Part shown: positions 52,265 to 64,000 of the stretch, piece after piece | Layout: the number at the start of each line of letters is the position of its first letter | Position numbering within the stretch: position 1 is the stretch's first letter | Notes under the pieces: model-generated | Seen by the model: only the letters and a program-made list of their open reading frames with translations | What the model was told of the DNA's origin: nothing | Database searches by the model: none | Made by a program: the position numbers and the translations under genes | DNA from: Octopus vulgaris | Lineage: Eukaryota | Direction: 5' to 3' | NCBI GenBank assembly: GCA_951406725.2 | Contig: OX597816.1 | Coordinates: forward strand, 67,890,001-67,954,000 | DNA: 64,000 nucleotides

Positions 52265-52608
52265 TTAGTCGAATGTTTAAAACTTACTGTTTTAACAGAA
52301 GAGAGGGTGTAGTTTCACCCTCCTCTTTTCTGTCTGTGAGTGTTGTGTTTTGCGAGGTCAGTTTTTTTGCGAATTGCTTGTACAGATGGCTTGAAAAGTT
52401 CATCTGTAACGCGCCTACGTCCTCCGCAAAAGATTTTTTAATTTCAAAATAATCCGCGTTATCTATCGTATAAAATTCTACATTTTCAGATATAATACTA
52501 TTTATATCTGTTGCGATATATTTTTTCGCCGATTTCAGTAAATTAATTTTTTCCCTTAATAGGTTATTGTTTTTATTTATCGCCGTGAATGTGTTTCTTT
52601 TTTTTTTG

Positions 52609-53891
52609 TTAGGTGATTGTGGAGGGGGGCTGTGTGTGTGTGTTTGTGGGTGTGTGTGTGCTTGTAGAAGCGTGGGTGTTTGTAGGTGTGTGCGTACTTG
52701 TGGTAGGTGTGTGAGTGATTGTGTGTGCTTTTTCCAGTGTGTGTGTTTTTTTGGCTACGTGTGTGTTTGCGACTGTATTTGTGGGTGTGGGTGTGCTTGT
52801 CTGTGTCAGGGTATAGTCCTGTGTATCCGAAGAGGGTGGATTTTTCCGTTTCCGTTTTCTTTTTGAAGCTTCCACGTTGACCCACTCCTGGATGTTGTTG
52901 TTGTTGTTGTCATCGTTGTTGTCGTTGTTTTCTCCCGTTGTCGGCTGAATTTCGGCAATTGGGGTGCGCGACGTGGCTGCTATTTCTAGCGGTGAAGTTG
53001 TTTTCGGCGTCGTGCTTGCCTCTGTAGTATTTTCTTTCGCTGTCTTCTTGCAGCTCGACCTTATGTGGCCTTTCTCGCCACATTTATAGCACCTCGGTTT
53101 TCTTCCCTCGACTATTACCATCAAGGTGGTATTATCTCCAATGGTGAGGGAGCTTGGCAATTTTTCCAAGTTCGAGGGGTTCGCTTGGATCACAAGCTCT
53201 AAGTCCTATCCATACCAGGTTGTGGGGCGATATCTTTTAGACTGAAGAATGGCAATTTCTTCCTCTTTGCCTAAGAGAATCGCTGCTGTTATGAAATCCA
53301 CATCTATTTCGGGCGGAATGTCCGTAACCGTTATTCTGCTGGTTCTCATTCCTAAATAAAATGGTAAAAGAACTACCTCTTCTGACTTCAACGTTCTTGT
53401 TGAATGTTCCCTAGCTATTTCTTCGCTAGGGAAACGCACCTCTACCGTGCCGAAGCGACTACCCCTTGTTATAAATGTAGTTTGTTGCCATATCGGCCTC
53501 AAACATTTTTCAATGGCTTCTCTCTGTACGAAGTCAATTTTCTTATTTTTGACATTATATAGTTTTTCTCTCCGTCGCGTAAATCAATTCCCTGGGAGGG
53601 AACAACTTCACATTATCACCTTCTTTTTTTAGTAGTCCTTGGTATTTCTTTAATTCTTCCTTGTTGATGACTATATTTTTCACAGGGGCGAGTTGCTGCA
53701 CTCGCAAAATTTATTTTTGCCTTTTCTTGTCGTTTACTAGCTTCGCCAGACATATTGTCGTCTGCTTTTGTAACGCTCGCGTGAGACGACTCTTTACTTC
53801 TACCTTCCTCCTCCCGCATTTTCGCCTTCATGCCTTCAAACAAATTTTCAACGTTTTCCTCCGACTCGGAGGAGACTGGTTGCAAATTCAT
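52609..53891 (-). pseudogene. LINE ORF1 (gag-like RNA-binding protein), split into three frames
   Basis: ORF pieces 53616-53891, 53206-53502 and 52609-53193; zinc knuckle CYKCGEKGHIRSSC; Thr-rich tail. Confidence 0.8.
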
Positions 53892-54049
53892 GTCTTTTCG
53901 TCACTTCCCCCTTGAAACAAGGGGGAAAGAACAGCAAAACTCTGCTGCAACAGCAGAAAAGAAGTGGCCTCGACGACCAAAACAGCAAATCTTCAAACTT
54001 TTCAGCACAAAAACAACCCTTCACTGCGGAGCAAAGAATAACACGACCG

Positions 54050-54129
<80 letters not shown>

Positions 54130-54343
54130 TTAGAGGACAAACGGAATAGGAGTGGGTGGAAGTCAGACACGCTGAAGGCAGGCTAACAGCATTCAAAGGT
54201 TTTCTTCTGAAGATATGGATATTTTAATCAAAATAAAACTGCAAATTTGTATCGTAAATTATATACAGTCAATCAAATTCACGTACACACACAGACACGC
54301 GCGCGCATACACAAATAGACACCTCATATACATACATACCCAC

Positions 54344-54750
<407 letters not shown>

Positions 54751-55149
54751 GCGCGAGGACCTAGAAATACCTGGTATGGTGCCCAGGCGCGCAGAAAGCC
54801 TACCAGGGTGGATCAGACCCTTTAGTGTTGACTGTCATAACTGATCTAGGAGACGGAACACTCTTACAAGAAAATCCTGCGATCGTTTTATCATCTGACG
54901 TGTGGCACACCGTGCACCTGTACAGACCATGTTAATTCAATGGAGAGAGTGTGCTTTGTTCAGCACAAGCAATGACCACTTTAAACAAGGCAAAGTGCCG
55001 GTTGTTCAGTCAACCATTTTCACTCAATAACACCTGAGGTTTGGCGCATAGATGTGTAATTTTTTGTTTGTTTGCAAGTGTACTATTTGCGAGAAAGTGT
55101 GCAAGACATCTGCTGGATTGAAGGTACACATGCGGTGTCACAAAGCTTA

Positions 55150-56354
55150 GGAATTGTTGAAGGTTATTTACTGAACTCCCATTCATCGTCTTCGATGAGA
55201 GACGAACTCTATAACTGGTTGAAGTCCTTTATTTTCAGCCGAAAAGAGGTTGTCACAGTTCTAGGACAGCACTCTTCGCCCTATGATATGACATCTGGTG
55301 TACCACAGGGATCTGTTCTTGGCCCCCTTTTATTTGTTGCATATGTTAATGACATAGATGCCAACTTAAAGAATGCCACAGTGCTGAAATATGCAGATGA
55401 CATCAAGCTGTACCTCGAAATAAAGAGGTCAAATCCTGTACACTATAGATCTCTATTGTAAGCAGACCTGGACACAATGCAGCAGTGGATCATGGACTGG
55501 CAACTCAAGCTGGCTGTGGACAAATGTACCATGCATTTTGGGAGGAGAAACCCTGCGTCCACCTACTCCCTCCACAACACTAGTCTCAAAAAGTCTTCAT
55601 GTGAACGTGACCTGGGTGTTATCGTCGACAGTGATTTGCGTTGGACAAAACACATCGCTAAAATTGTCAAGAAGGCTGAGGGTGTCTTGGCATCACTCAC
55701 CAAATCCTTTGTGAGCCGCTCTCCGGCTATCTATCTGCGGCTTTATATAGCTATGGTAAGACCTCACCTGGAATTTGCATCACCGGTCTGGAACCCCTAT
55801 CTTGCCCAGGATATCAATCGTCTGGAAGCTGTTCAGCGACGTGCAACCAAAAGAATACCCTCCATCAGGCATTTGCCATATCCTGAACGCCTTACTTCCC
55901 TGGGCATGGACACATTGAAACTCCGACGTCTGGCAGCTGACTTGGCAGACACCCATAAAATTATCAACCATCGTAGAAACAATAACTCTGAGCACCTTTT
56001 CAAACTCCACCCATCTAACACCCGTGGACATATTTACAAAGTAAGAAAACAGCACAGCTCCCATGACTTCAGGAAACATTTTTTCACGCTGAGAGTTGCT
56101 GAAGCATGGAACAAACTGCCGGCATCAGTTGTTAGTTGTCGGAGCACTGCATCCTTCAAAACTTCCATGCTTCCTGAGATTCGCCAACACTACACTTGGT
56201 TTTCTCCCCCTCCATACACACACAAGCATGTACCTGACTCATACATTGTTCGCTTTCCAGACATTTCTACATTACTGCATGTACTTTATATGCACTTTCT
56301 GACAAGTTGTGGTGCATCTGAGCACTGTATACAATAATTTCATTATATCATTAT
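55150..56354 (+). mobile_element. 5'-truncated CR1/L2-group LINE (RT C-terminal half), one in-frame stop
   Basis: SGVPQGSVLGPLLF, KYADDIKL, ERDLGVIVD, VRPHLEFASPVWNP, LEAVQRRATK, FFTLRVAEAWNKLP; TAA at 55459-55461; (CATTAT)-type tail. Confidence 0.9.
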
Positions 56355-56360
56355 AATCCA

Positions 56361-56402
<42 letters not shown>

Positions 56403-56446
56403 TGGATTCTCTCATCGAAGACGATGAATGAGGGTTCAGTAAATAA

Positions 56447-56745
56447 TCTTCCTCCTCCTCTCCCCTCCTCTTCTTCCTTTCCCCCTCTCACCCTCCCCTT
56501 CCCTCTCCTCTCCTTCTTTCTTACCCCCCTTACCCCCTCATCTCATCTCCTCTCTCCCCTCCCCCTCCTCCTCCCCTCTCCCCCTCATCTCCTCTCTCCC
56601 CTTCCCCTCATCTCTCTTCCCTCCTCCACTCCTCCCTCTCTCTTCCCTCCTCCACTCCTCCCTCTCTCTTCTCTCCCCACAACCCCCACTCTACCCCAAC
56701 CCCAGCCGAACCCACACCCCACTTGGCTTTCCCCACCTCCCACCA
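56447..56745. repeat. C/T-rich low-complexity polypyrimidine tract
   Basis: Almost exclusively C and T on the plus strand, with many C runs. Confidence 0.9.
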
Positions 56746-57032
56746 CACTACACTATACGACACTACACTACACCATACGACATTACACATCACATCATAC
56801 ATACATACACACGTCCAGACCTTTCATACGCACATACATACTCTCTCATACACACACGCACCCTTTTGTTGGGGCGAGGTCATTTGACCTTGTTTATTTC
56901 CCCTACTATCCCTCTTGCGTCTAACGTCTGATCTCTGACTTCTGGCCGAAATCAGACCGCCATGTTAAATCGTTAGCTCCTGCACGCATTTTTTCTCTCT
57001 CCTTGTTTCTCTCCGTGTTTCTTTTCTGTGTA

Positions 57033-57070
57033 TCTTTCTGTTGAAGAGCGTAGGCTCGAAACGTAAAAGA
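57033..57070 (+). ncRNA. Minimal type I hammerhead-like motif (Penelope-type), variant core CUGUUGA
   Basis: TCTTT-CTGTTGA-A-GAGC-GTAG-GCTC-GAAAC-GTA-AAAGA: stems I and II pair perfectly, GUA cleavage triplet. Confidence 0.6.
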
Positions 57071-57165
57071 CTTGTTTTATTTCTATTCCTGAGCGCCATA
57101 CTAATACAATTGTTTGTTTGTACTCCACCTGCCTTCGTCTTTTGTTTATTTTCGTAAGCTTCCCG

Positions 57166-57235
<70 letters not shown>

Positions 57236-59423
57236 ATATGAGGGAGAATTCACAAAAAGGAACAAAAGACGAAATACAAGTGAAATTAGAGAAGGCCAGA
57301 TTTAAAAGGAAAAATAAAAAAAAGGGAAGGAAATTGAAAAGGGCAAGTTCAGAAATAGAAATGAATGACTGCTTGGGAATGATTGTAATAAGAAAGAACA
57401 TTATATATAAATGAGCATACATAGGTGCAATGAGCAACCACTTCAAAAAATGATCCAGGAACCAAGGTGCGTCATTTACCAGTAACTGCAAGAGTCAGTA
57501 TATATATATAAAATGTTAGTCTTGTCAAGTGAGCAATATATTTTGCCGCTGAGTTTGTATAAAAACAAAGCTATTAAACCTTTACTTTCACCAGTTAACT
57601 TTTAAAATCTGATCCATACGAGTCTTCATTACCTATATCGGGATAGGCAATCTTTTTCGACAAGTGGGCCGCATTACTAAAAAATAAATAAAATAAAATT
57701 CAAGAACTGATCTATATGGGTAAAAAATTTCTATTAACTGATCTGATTAAAGTTATTTCCCCTTGCTTGTTGCTTAAACAAAAAAAAAAAAAAAAAAGAC
57801 TTTAAAATATCACCGAAGAATGTGTTGACTACCTATTGTATAGATCATCTCAGTTGCCCAAGATTTTCATCGAAAGCTGTTACTTTTATTTGTTTGATAA
57901 GAAATAAGAACAAAGACATGTGTGACAAACACTAATAATTAATTAAATTACAACAATATTACAACAAATATGGAACAAAGAATAATTAAGAGAATTATAA
58001 ATGACTGGATATTATTCTCAGATATTGTTGTTTTATACTATATTCCATTGTTATTTTTAATATCAATGTTTCTTAATGATTTTTAACAGTTTATTCGATT
58101 TGTTGTTTCATTGGTACGATCGGTAGAGCGTCGGAGCGAACTGTTTGGTAGTATTCAGATACTTTCCTTTTAAGTTTTAGGTTCAATTCTCGCTGACGCC
58201 GACTTTGCAGTTCGTCTGTTTGGTTTTGAGCCCTTCATTGAGTAAACCTATGATTAAAGCATGCAATCTTTTTTCTCAGCGAGTGGGGGGACAAGAGATA
58301 TCTAGGATTAGGGTATGCAGTGTATTCTTTATTGTTTAGAGCAGTAGGGTTTGATCTGAGGAAGAATTTGAATGCTATCTTTAAAAGGCTGAGTAATCAC
58401 ATGGATGCTCCCTTATTGTACAGAGGACAGAATAATGGATTGAGTTCAAACTGTTTTTTCTTAAAAAATTATTATTAACTAATATGAATACCCATCCCGC
58501 CGAGGTGGATTCTGCTTTTTACCCTTCTTGAAGTTCATTAACAAAAAGTATTAGTAATAAATATACCCCGTTCGATTCAGTCGACTGTTTTCTTCTTCTC
58601 TTAAAACTTGTGTAGCCTTGTACATGTTCGAAGCCATTATTATAGTATTTTGTGCATTACCTATAAATATTTAGTTAACGATAAACTTTTCACGGTCCTT
58701 TGTCTTTTATGAAACATTTCCACTTATAAAATAATTGCCACCAAAAACATGACAGCTGCCAAAAATAAATTTTGTCTCTTTGGTGGGGTCTGTTAGATAC
58801 ACAGTTCTGGAAGTTCAAATTTATAACGGAAAGAACTGGAAGGAATTTTTGATATTTGTGGCTTTTGGTGGTGTTGAGGGAGACGTGGATAACGTACTTA
58901 AAATCAAATGAAGTAAGTGATGGAGCGTTTTCAGCCGGAGAATGAAAACGATATTCACTCTTAGATTTGGCAAACCATTTTCTTACTGTTTATCTTTGTT
59001 CTCGCATTGCCACCGTCATTATATTTGAAGTAAAGATGGTGATTGTCAGAATCGGAAAAAATGCATTTAGGTGTTTAGTTACAATCCTTTACGTTCTGTG
59101 TTCAAATCCAGTCAAGGTTGAATTTGCTTTTCATTCATTCGGGGCCGATAAAATAAGTAGTCGTAAAATATTGGAGTATATTATTATATCTGGTGCAGCA
59201 TCTTGCATCCCTTAAATGTGTGGCATTTTGTCAATGTCTGACGAAATCATTAATATTAAAAAGGAGCCCCGTGGAGGATGAAGGAAGTTACAAGAAGGCA
59301 CTATTCTCGCCTTGGGTCCATTTAGGACTGTAATACTTTGAAGATAGGTATAAATGCCACCGAATCTCATTTCTCCATTTTTATAAAGCTGCAAGTGTAG
59401 TGTTGAAGGAGAATACTAGATAT

Positions 59424-59770
59424 TTATAAGGAACCACCGGCGTACAGCTTTAACCAAGACGGCATTATCTGTAGATGGTTCCGTTTTGACATATAATCTG
59501 TTGATAGAGATTTCACATAGTCACTGTAAGGGTAATCTGTTGATACCCAGGGTGTGGAGTAGTTGGCTGGGGGTAGATAAGTGGGTCGCTCTATGTAGCT
59601 TGTGAAGTGTGATCCAGTTCTGTGTGATTGTAAAGAGTCGTTGCACGGGACGTGTTTCATTGAAGACAGATGTGAAGGTTCGTTCCATACTGGTGGACTA
59701 CCGTTGGAGATGGAACTGACTGGAGATTGACACCGTTGCTCATTTGGCATTTGCAAATCAGTTTTCTTCT
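59424..59770 (-). CDS. Probable last coding exon of the homeobox gene (KKTDLQMPNEQRCQSPVSS...WLKLYAGGSL*)
   Basis: TATTTCAG acceptor, phase 1; about 114 open codons rich in S/P/Y, typical of a transcription factor tail; TAA at 59424-59426. Confidence 0.7.
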
Positions 59771-60207
59771 CTGAAATACACATGAATAGATAAATAAATA
59801 AATAAATAAATAAATATATATATATACACACACACAGATATATATATATATACACACACACACACATATATTATATATATATGTATACATACACACACAT
59901 ATACATATATATGTACACACACACACGCACACATATAAAATAAAATTTTAAGGAAAGTTTATATCGTTACAAATTGTTTCAGTCATAAATTGATTCGATA
60001 GATAGATAGAAAGATAGATAGATTGTGGAATGTTTGTACTTGTGTGTGTGTGTGTGTATTTGTGCGTGTATGTGTATTCATGCATACATACATACATACA
60101 TACATACATACATACATACATACATACATACATACATACATACATACATACATGTTCACATATACGTACACAATGAGTAGTAATATTGCTTTCAGATTTT
60201 GGCATAC

Positions 60208-60351
60208 TGATATATTGATGTTTGATGTTCTGCCTCAGGTGACGTGATGGAACAGACATAAGGTCAAAAGCCGTACTCATTCCAGCTTTTTCAAGACAGT
60301 GTATCAATGAGGCAGGTTGTGCTATCGAGTGGAGCTCCTGTTTTACAATTC
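60208..60351 (-). CDS. Probable internal exon of the homeobox gene (GIVKQELHSIAQPASLIHCLEKAGMSTAFDLM...)
   Basis: TAG acceptor gives the phase-1 continuation into an open non-repetitive frame. Donor is uncertain: CA|GTATGC at 60208 keeps frame with the last exon; GT|GTACGT at 60170 does not. Confidence 0.55.
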
Positions 60352-60626
60352 CTATATATGTATGAATGAAAATGACAAGAGAAGGATACATTATGTACGG
60401 TGTACTTTCATTTTCACTTTTATTTATTTATTTTTTTTACCGGCAAGTTAGTTCGAGATAAATTTGACTATTCGTTCTGGAATGAAAAAGCTAAAGTTAC
60501 CTCCCCTAACATTTCCAGAAAAACAAAAATCCTGAGTTATATCCCCTGATACCAGGATTCTTCCCTTAGACTTCAGTTAACTGTACGTGCGCAAACGCAG
60601 ACCAGCCCGCGGACACGTAAACGCAG

Positions 60627-60738
<112 letters not shown>

Positions 60739-60755
60739 TGTGTGTATGTGTATAA

Positions 60756-60984
60756 GGCGGCGAGCTGGCAGAAACGTTAGCACGCCGGGCGAAATGCTTA
60801 GCAGTATTTCGTCTGCCGCTACGTTCTGAGTTCAAATTCCGCTGAGGTCGACTTTGCCTTTCATCCTTTCGGGGTCGATAAAGTAAGTACCACTTACGCA
60901 CTGGGGTCGATGTAATCGACTTAATTCGTTTGTCTGTCCTTGTTTGTCCCCTCTATGTTTAGCCCCTTGTGGGTAATAAAGAAA
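60756..60984 (+). mobile_element. tRNA-derived SINE (family B, Meta-like central domain) with 21-bp TSD
   Basis: TGGCAGAAACG A-box, GAGTTCAAATTC B-box, GCCTTTCATCCTTTCGGGGTCGATAAA domain; TSD ACACATATTGTGTGTATGTGT; other copies at 2356-2590, 13461-13662, 27381-27608 and 33094-33300. Confidence 0.88.
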
Positions 60985-61980
60985 CACATATTGTGTGTAT
61001 GTGTGTGTGTATGTAAAGAAAGCAATGATTATATAACTAGCACTATCTGCATGCTAGTGTATGCATATACAGCTGCGTGCGTGCGCACATACACGCGATT
61101 ACTGTCCAAATCTCCGACCAAGCACATACAGCTAGCTGGCATTCAACTGGAGTATCAAATTTCGAGCATTTTGATTGGGTTTTGGATAGAATATTCACAA
61201 AAAAGTCACTTCTATTGATTTTTTAATGGCTTTGCGTGGTGACTGGGGAAATGTAAAGATGTGCACGAACACCCTTGGACGGTTTTGAATGACCATAGAA
61301 ATTGCAAGCCCTCTAACTGAAAAATTGTGGACTTGTATAAAGGACACGTACACACACACACACACACACACACATATTTTGCCGTTTATATATATAGAGA
61401 TAGTACATTACTTTTCAATATCTGATTAATAAGAATACCATAAAATAGCTGTGGTTGATGTTACTATTTAACCGCACAGAAATTAAGAATGAGAATGCAG
61501 GAAAAGCAATTTCTTTCCGTCATGTGACTGCGGCCATGCGGGAGCACCACCTTTAGTCGAAGAAATTGACCTCAGGACTTATTCTCTGCGAGCCTCGTAC
61601 TTATCCTATCGGTCTCTTTTGCCGAACCGCTAAGTTACAGGGACGTAAACACACCAACATTGGTTGTCAAGCGATGAGGGGAACAAACACAGACATATAT
61701 ACAAATACACACACACACACACACACACACGACGGGCTTCTTTCAGTTTCCGTCTACCAAATCCACTCACAAGGCTTTAGTCGGCTTGAGGCTATAGTAG
61801 AAGACACTTGCCCAGGGTGCCACGCAGTGGGACTGAACCCGAAACCATGAGGTTGGTAAGCAAGCTTCTTACCAAACAGCCACGCTGCGCCTGTATGTAT
61901 CTTTTTCTCTTTTTAATATAGAATTCATTTTGATCGGCAAATGGAGAAAAGCATTTTGTTTTGTTCATCATTCTTTAAAT

Positions 61981-62316
61981 CAGTGATTCTCAACCGGGTT
62001 CCATATGGCCCCTGGTTTTTTTGGGTCCACATAACGAAATAGTAAATTGGAGATCCACAATAGTATTTTAAGGACCCCTGAAAATTTTTTGTTTTAGATG
62101 TATGTATTGGTATGTATTGCAAGAAACAGCTACGTTTCTTTCTCTAACATTTTACATAGTTCAGCTTAACAGAAGTTAATGTGGGAATAACAAAATAGGA
62201 ATTTCGAAAGAAGTTTCTATAAAACTAGTTTTTAAACATCGAATGGCTATGAGGATCCACTACAATAAAATAGTAATCAAAAGGGCCGATAGGTAAACAA
62301 TAGTTCAGAACCCCTG
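61981..62316. mobile_element. hAT (Charlie-like) MITE, related to 17517-17755
   Basis: CAGTGATTCTCAACC...GTTCAGAACCCCTG; near-TSD CTTTAAAT / TTTTAAAT. Confidence 0.7.
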
Positions 62317-62866
62317 TTTTAAATCTTAAAATTTTGCAAATTTTTATTGTCTTATCTATCGTTATCATCTGTAGCGTACGAATAAAGGAGTTGTATTCTC
62401 TTCACAAGAAGCCTAGTTCAGTCGACTGTGTGTGTGTGTAAGAGAAAATAATTTTTCGAGCAAAGAATTCTAACTGAAGGCTTCATAAAGCTTTAAAAAA
62501 ATTCATATTTATATTGATAAGATAATAAAATATACTATACCAACGTCGCCTTACAGATACCTGTGCCGGTGGCATGTGTAAAAAGATTCGAGCGAGGTCA
62601 TTGCCAGTACCGCCTGACTGGCCCCCGTGCCGGTGGCATGTAAAAAGTACCCACTACACTCTCGGAGTGGTTGGCGTTAGGAAGGGCATCCAGCTGTAGA
62701 AACTGCCAGATCAAGATTGGAGCCTGGTGCGGCCGTCTGGTTCGCCAGCCCTCAGTCAAAATCGTCCAACCCATGCTAGCATGGAAGGCGGACGTTAAAC
62801 GATGATGATGATGATTAACATCTATACTATAAATACTATTAAATCAAAGTGTCGTTTCATGCTTAC

Positions 62867-62939
62867 CATCTTGGCCTGTTATATAATGATTTGGATTGAT
62901 TCCTTTCCGCCATTTCGCACGTCTGTTCTGGAACCAAAC
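62867..62939 (-). CDS. PRD-class homeobox gene, helix-3 exon (VWFQNRRAKWRKGINPNHYITGQD)
   Basis: TTTCTTTAG acceptor, G|GTAAGC donor, 73 nt; in frame with the previous exon; WFQNRRAKWRK. Confidence 0.93.
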
Positions 62940-63231
62940 CTAAAGAAAAGAAAAGTGACGATTGATCTCAAAATAATGGTTTCAAGTTTTGACACAGGGA
63001 CACTAGTTTTTGCGGTAGGGTTACCTAATCGATTACATCGACCACAGTACTTGACTGGTACTCTCAAGGCTTTGGTCGGCCCGAGGCTATAGTAGAAGAC
63101 ACTTGCTCCAGGTGCCGTGGGACTGAACCCAGTACCGTGTAGTTGGGAAGCAATCTTCTTACCACTCAATATACAAGAGTGTTTTGTACGAATATTGAAG
63201 TAAGGGGAATTATTTAAATATCTTTTCTTAC

Positions 63232-63355
63232 CTGGACTCTTGCTTCATCCAAGGAAAGCTTACGAGCAAGATCTTCTCTTGTGATAACATCTGGATATGG
63301 CGCTTTTCGGAATGTCCTCTCCATCTGCTCTAGTTGATGTGATGTGAAAGTTGTT
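63232..63355 (-). CDS. PRD-class (Q50) homeobox gene, Repo-like; homeodomain residues 5-46 ([42 protein letters not shown])
   Basis: CTCACAG acceptor, CAG|GTAAGA donor at the typical PRD-class 46/47 intron position. Not in the ORF track; translated by hand. Confidence 0.93.
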
Positions 63356-63663
63356 CTGTGAGAAGATGAACACAAAATAAAAAATAAATTCTTGATTTGC
63401 TACGAATTCTTTGATAGAATGTTACATAGATTTTTTTTTCTATCTTTTACTTGTTTCAGTTATTGGGTTGCAGCCATATTGGGTCACTTGCCTTGGGAGC
63501 GTTTAGTCGCTCTCTATTGCTGAACTGCTAAGTTACGGAGACGTAAATAAATCAACACCGGTTGCCAAATGGTGTGTGTGCGTGTGTGTGAAAGCAAATG
63601 TAGACATAAACACACAAACATAAATACATGCACACACACACATATGTGCATATATGTATGTGC

Positions 63664-63702
<39 letters not shown>

Positions 63703-64000
63703 AACATGCATGCATACATGCATACATACACCTTTTATCTCTTTTACCGAACCGCTAAGTTACGGGGAAGAAAACACACTAGCATCGGTTGTCAAGCGAT
63801 GCTGGGGGACAAACACAGATACACAAACATACACACACAGACACACAAACACACACACACATATATATATAATAATGATATAAATAATATATAGATATAT
63901 GCATATATACGTACATATATGTACATACCTACATATATATGTATATATACATGCATATATGGGTACAGGACATCAAAAAAAAATGTGGACACAATGAGAA

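Larger units (their letters stand above)
48628..54052 (-). mobile_element. Full-length Tx1/L1-clade non-LTR retrotransposon inserted in a (GA)n/(TC)n microsatellite
   Basis: ORF1 remnants with CCHC knuckle, then APE+RT+C-terminal zinc-finger ORF2, 3' UTR with AATAAA; GA runs at 48561-48627 and 54053-54123. Confidence 0.93.

Overview
Eukaryotic, AT-rich, repeat-dense animal genomic DNA. The SINE families and microsatellite load suggest a cephalopod (octopus); this is inference. Two spliced host genes lie on the minus strand. (1) The first nine coding exons of Mediator subunit MED12 (ATG at 28981, 335 codons reconstructed through GT-AG junctions, gene continues off the left edge). (2) The 3' part of a PRD-class Q50 homeobox gene with a Repo-like 'APYPDV' homeodomain (exons from 63355 down to 59424, 5' end off the right edge). 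The rest is mostly transposable elements: a full-length Tx1/L1-clade LINE with an intact ~1138-codon ORF2 embedded in a (GA)n microsatellite, a truncated sister copy, CR1/L2, RTE and R4/Dong fragments, decayed mariners, several MITE families, three tRNA-derived SINE families and Penelope-type minimal hammerhead motifs. The most interesting pattern is a retrotransposon host-parasite network readable from shared 3' tails. The Tx1 LINE tail is shared with an abundant tRNA-SINE and with an ORF1-only (HAL1-like) element present in two copies, and a second SINE shares its tail with a CR1-type LINE. All alignments were done by eye and no database search was run.
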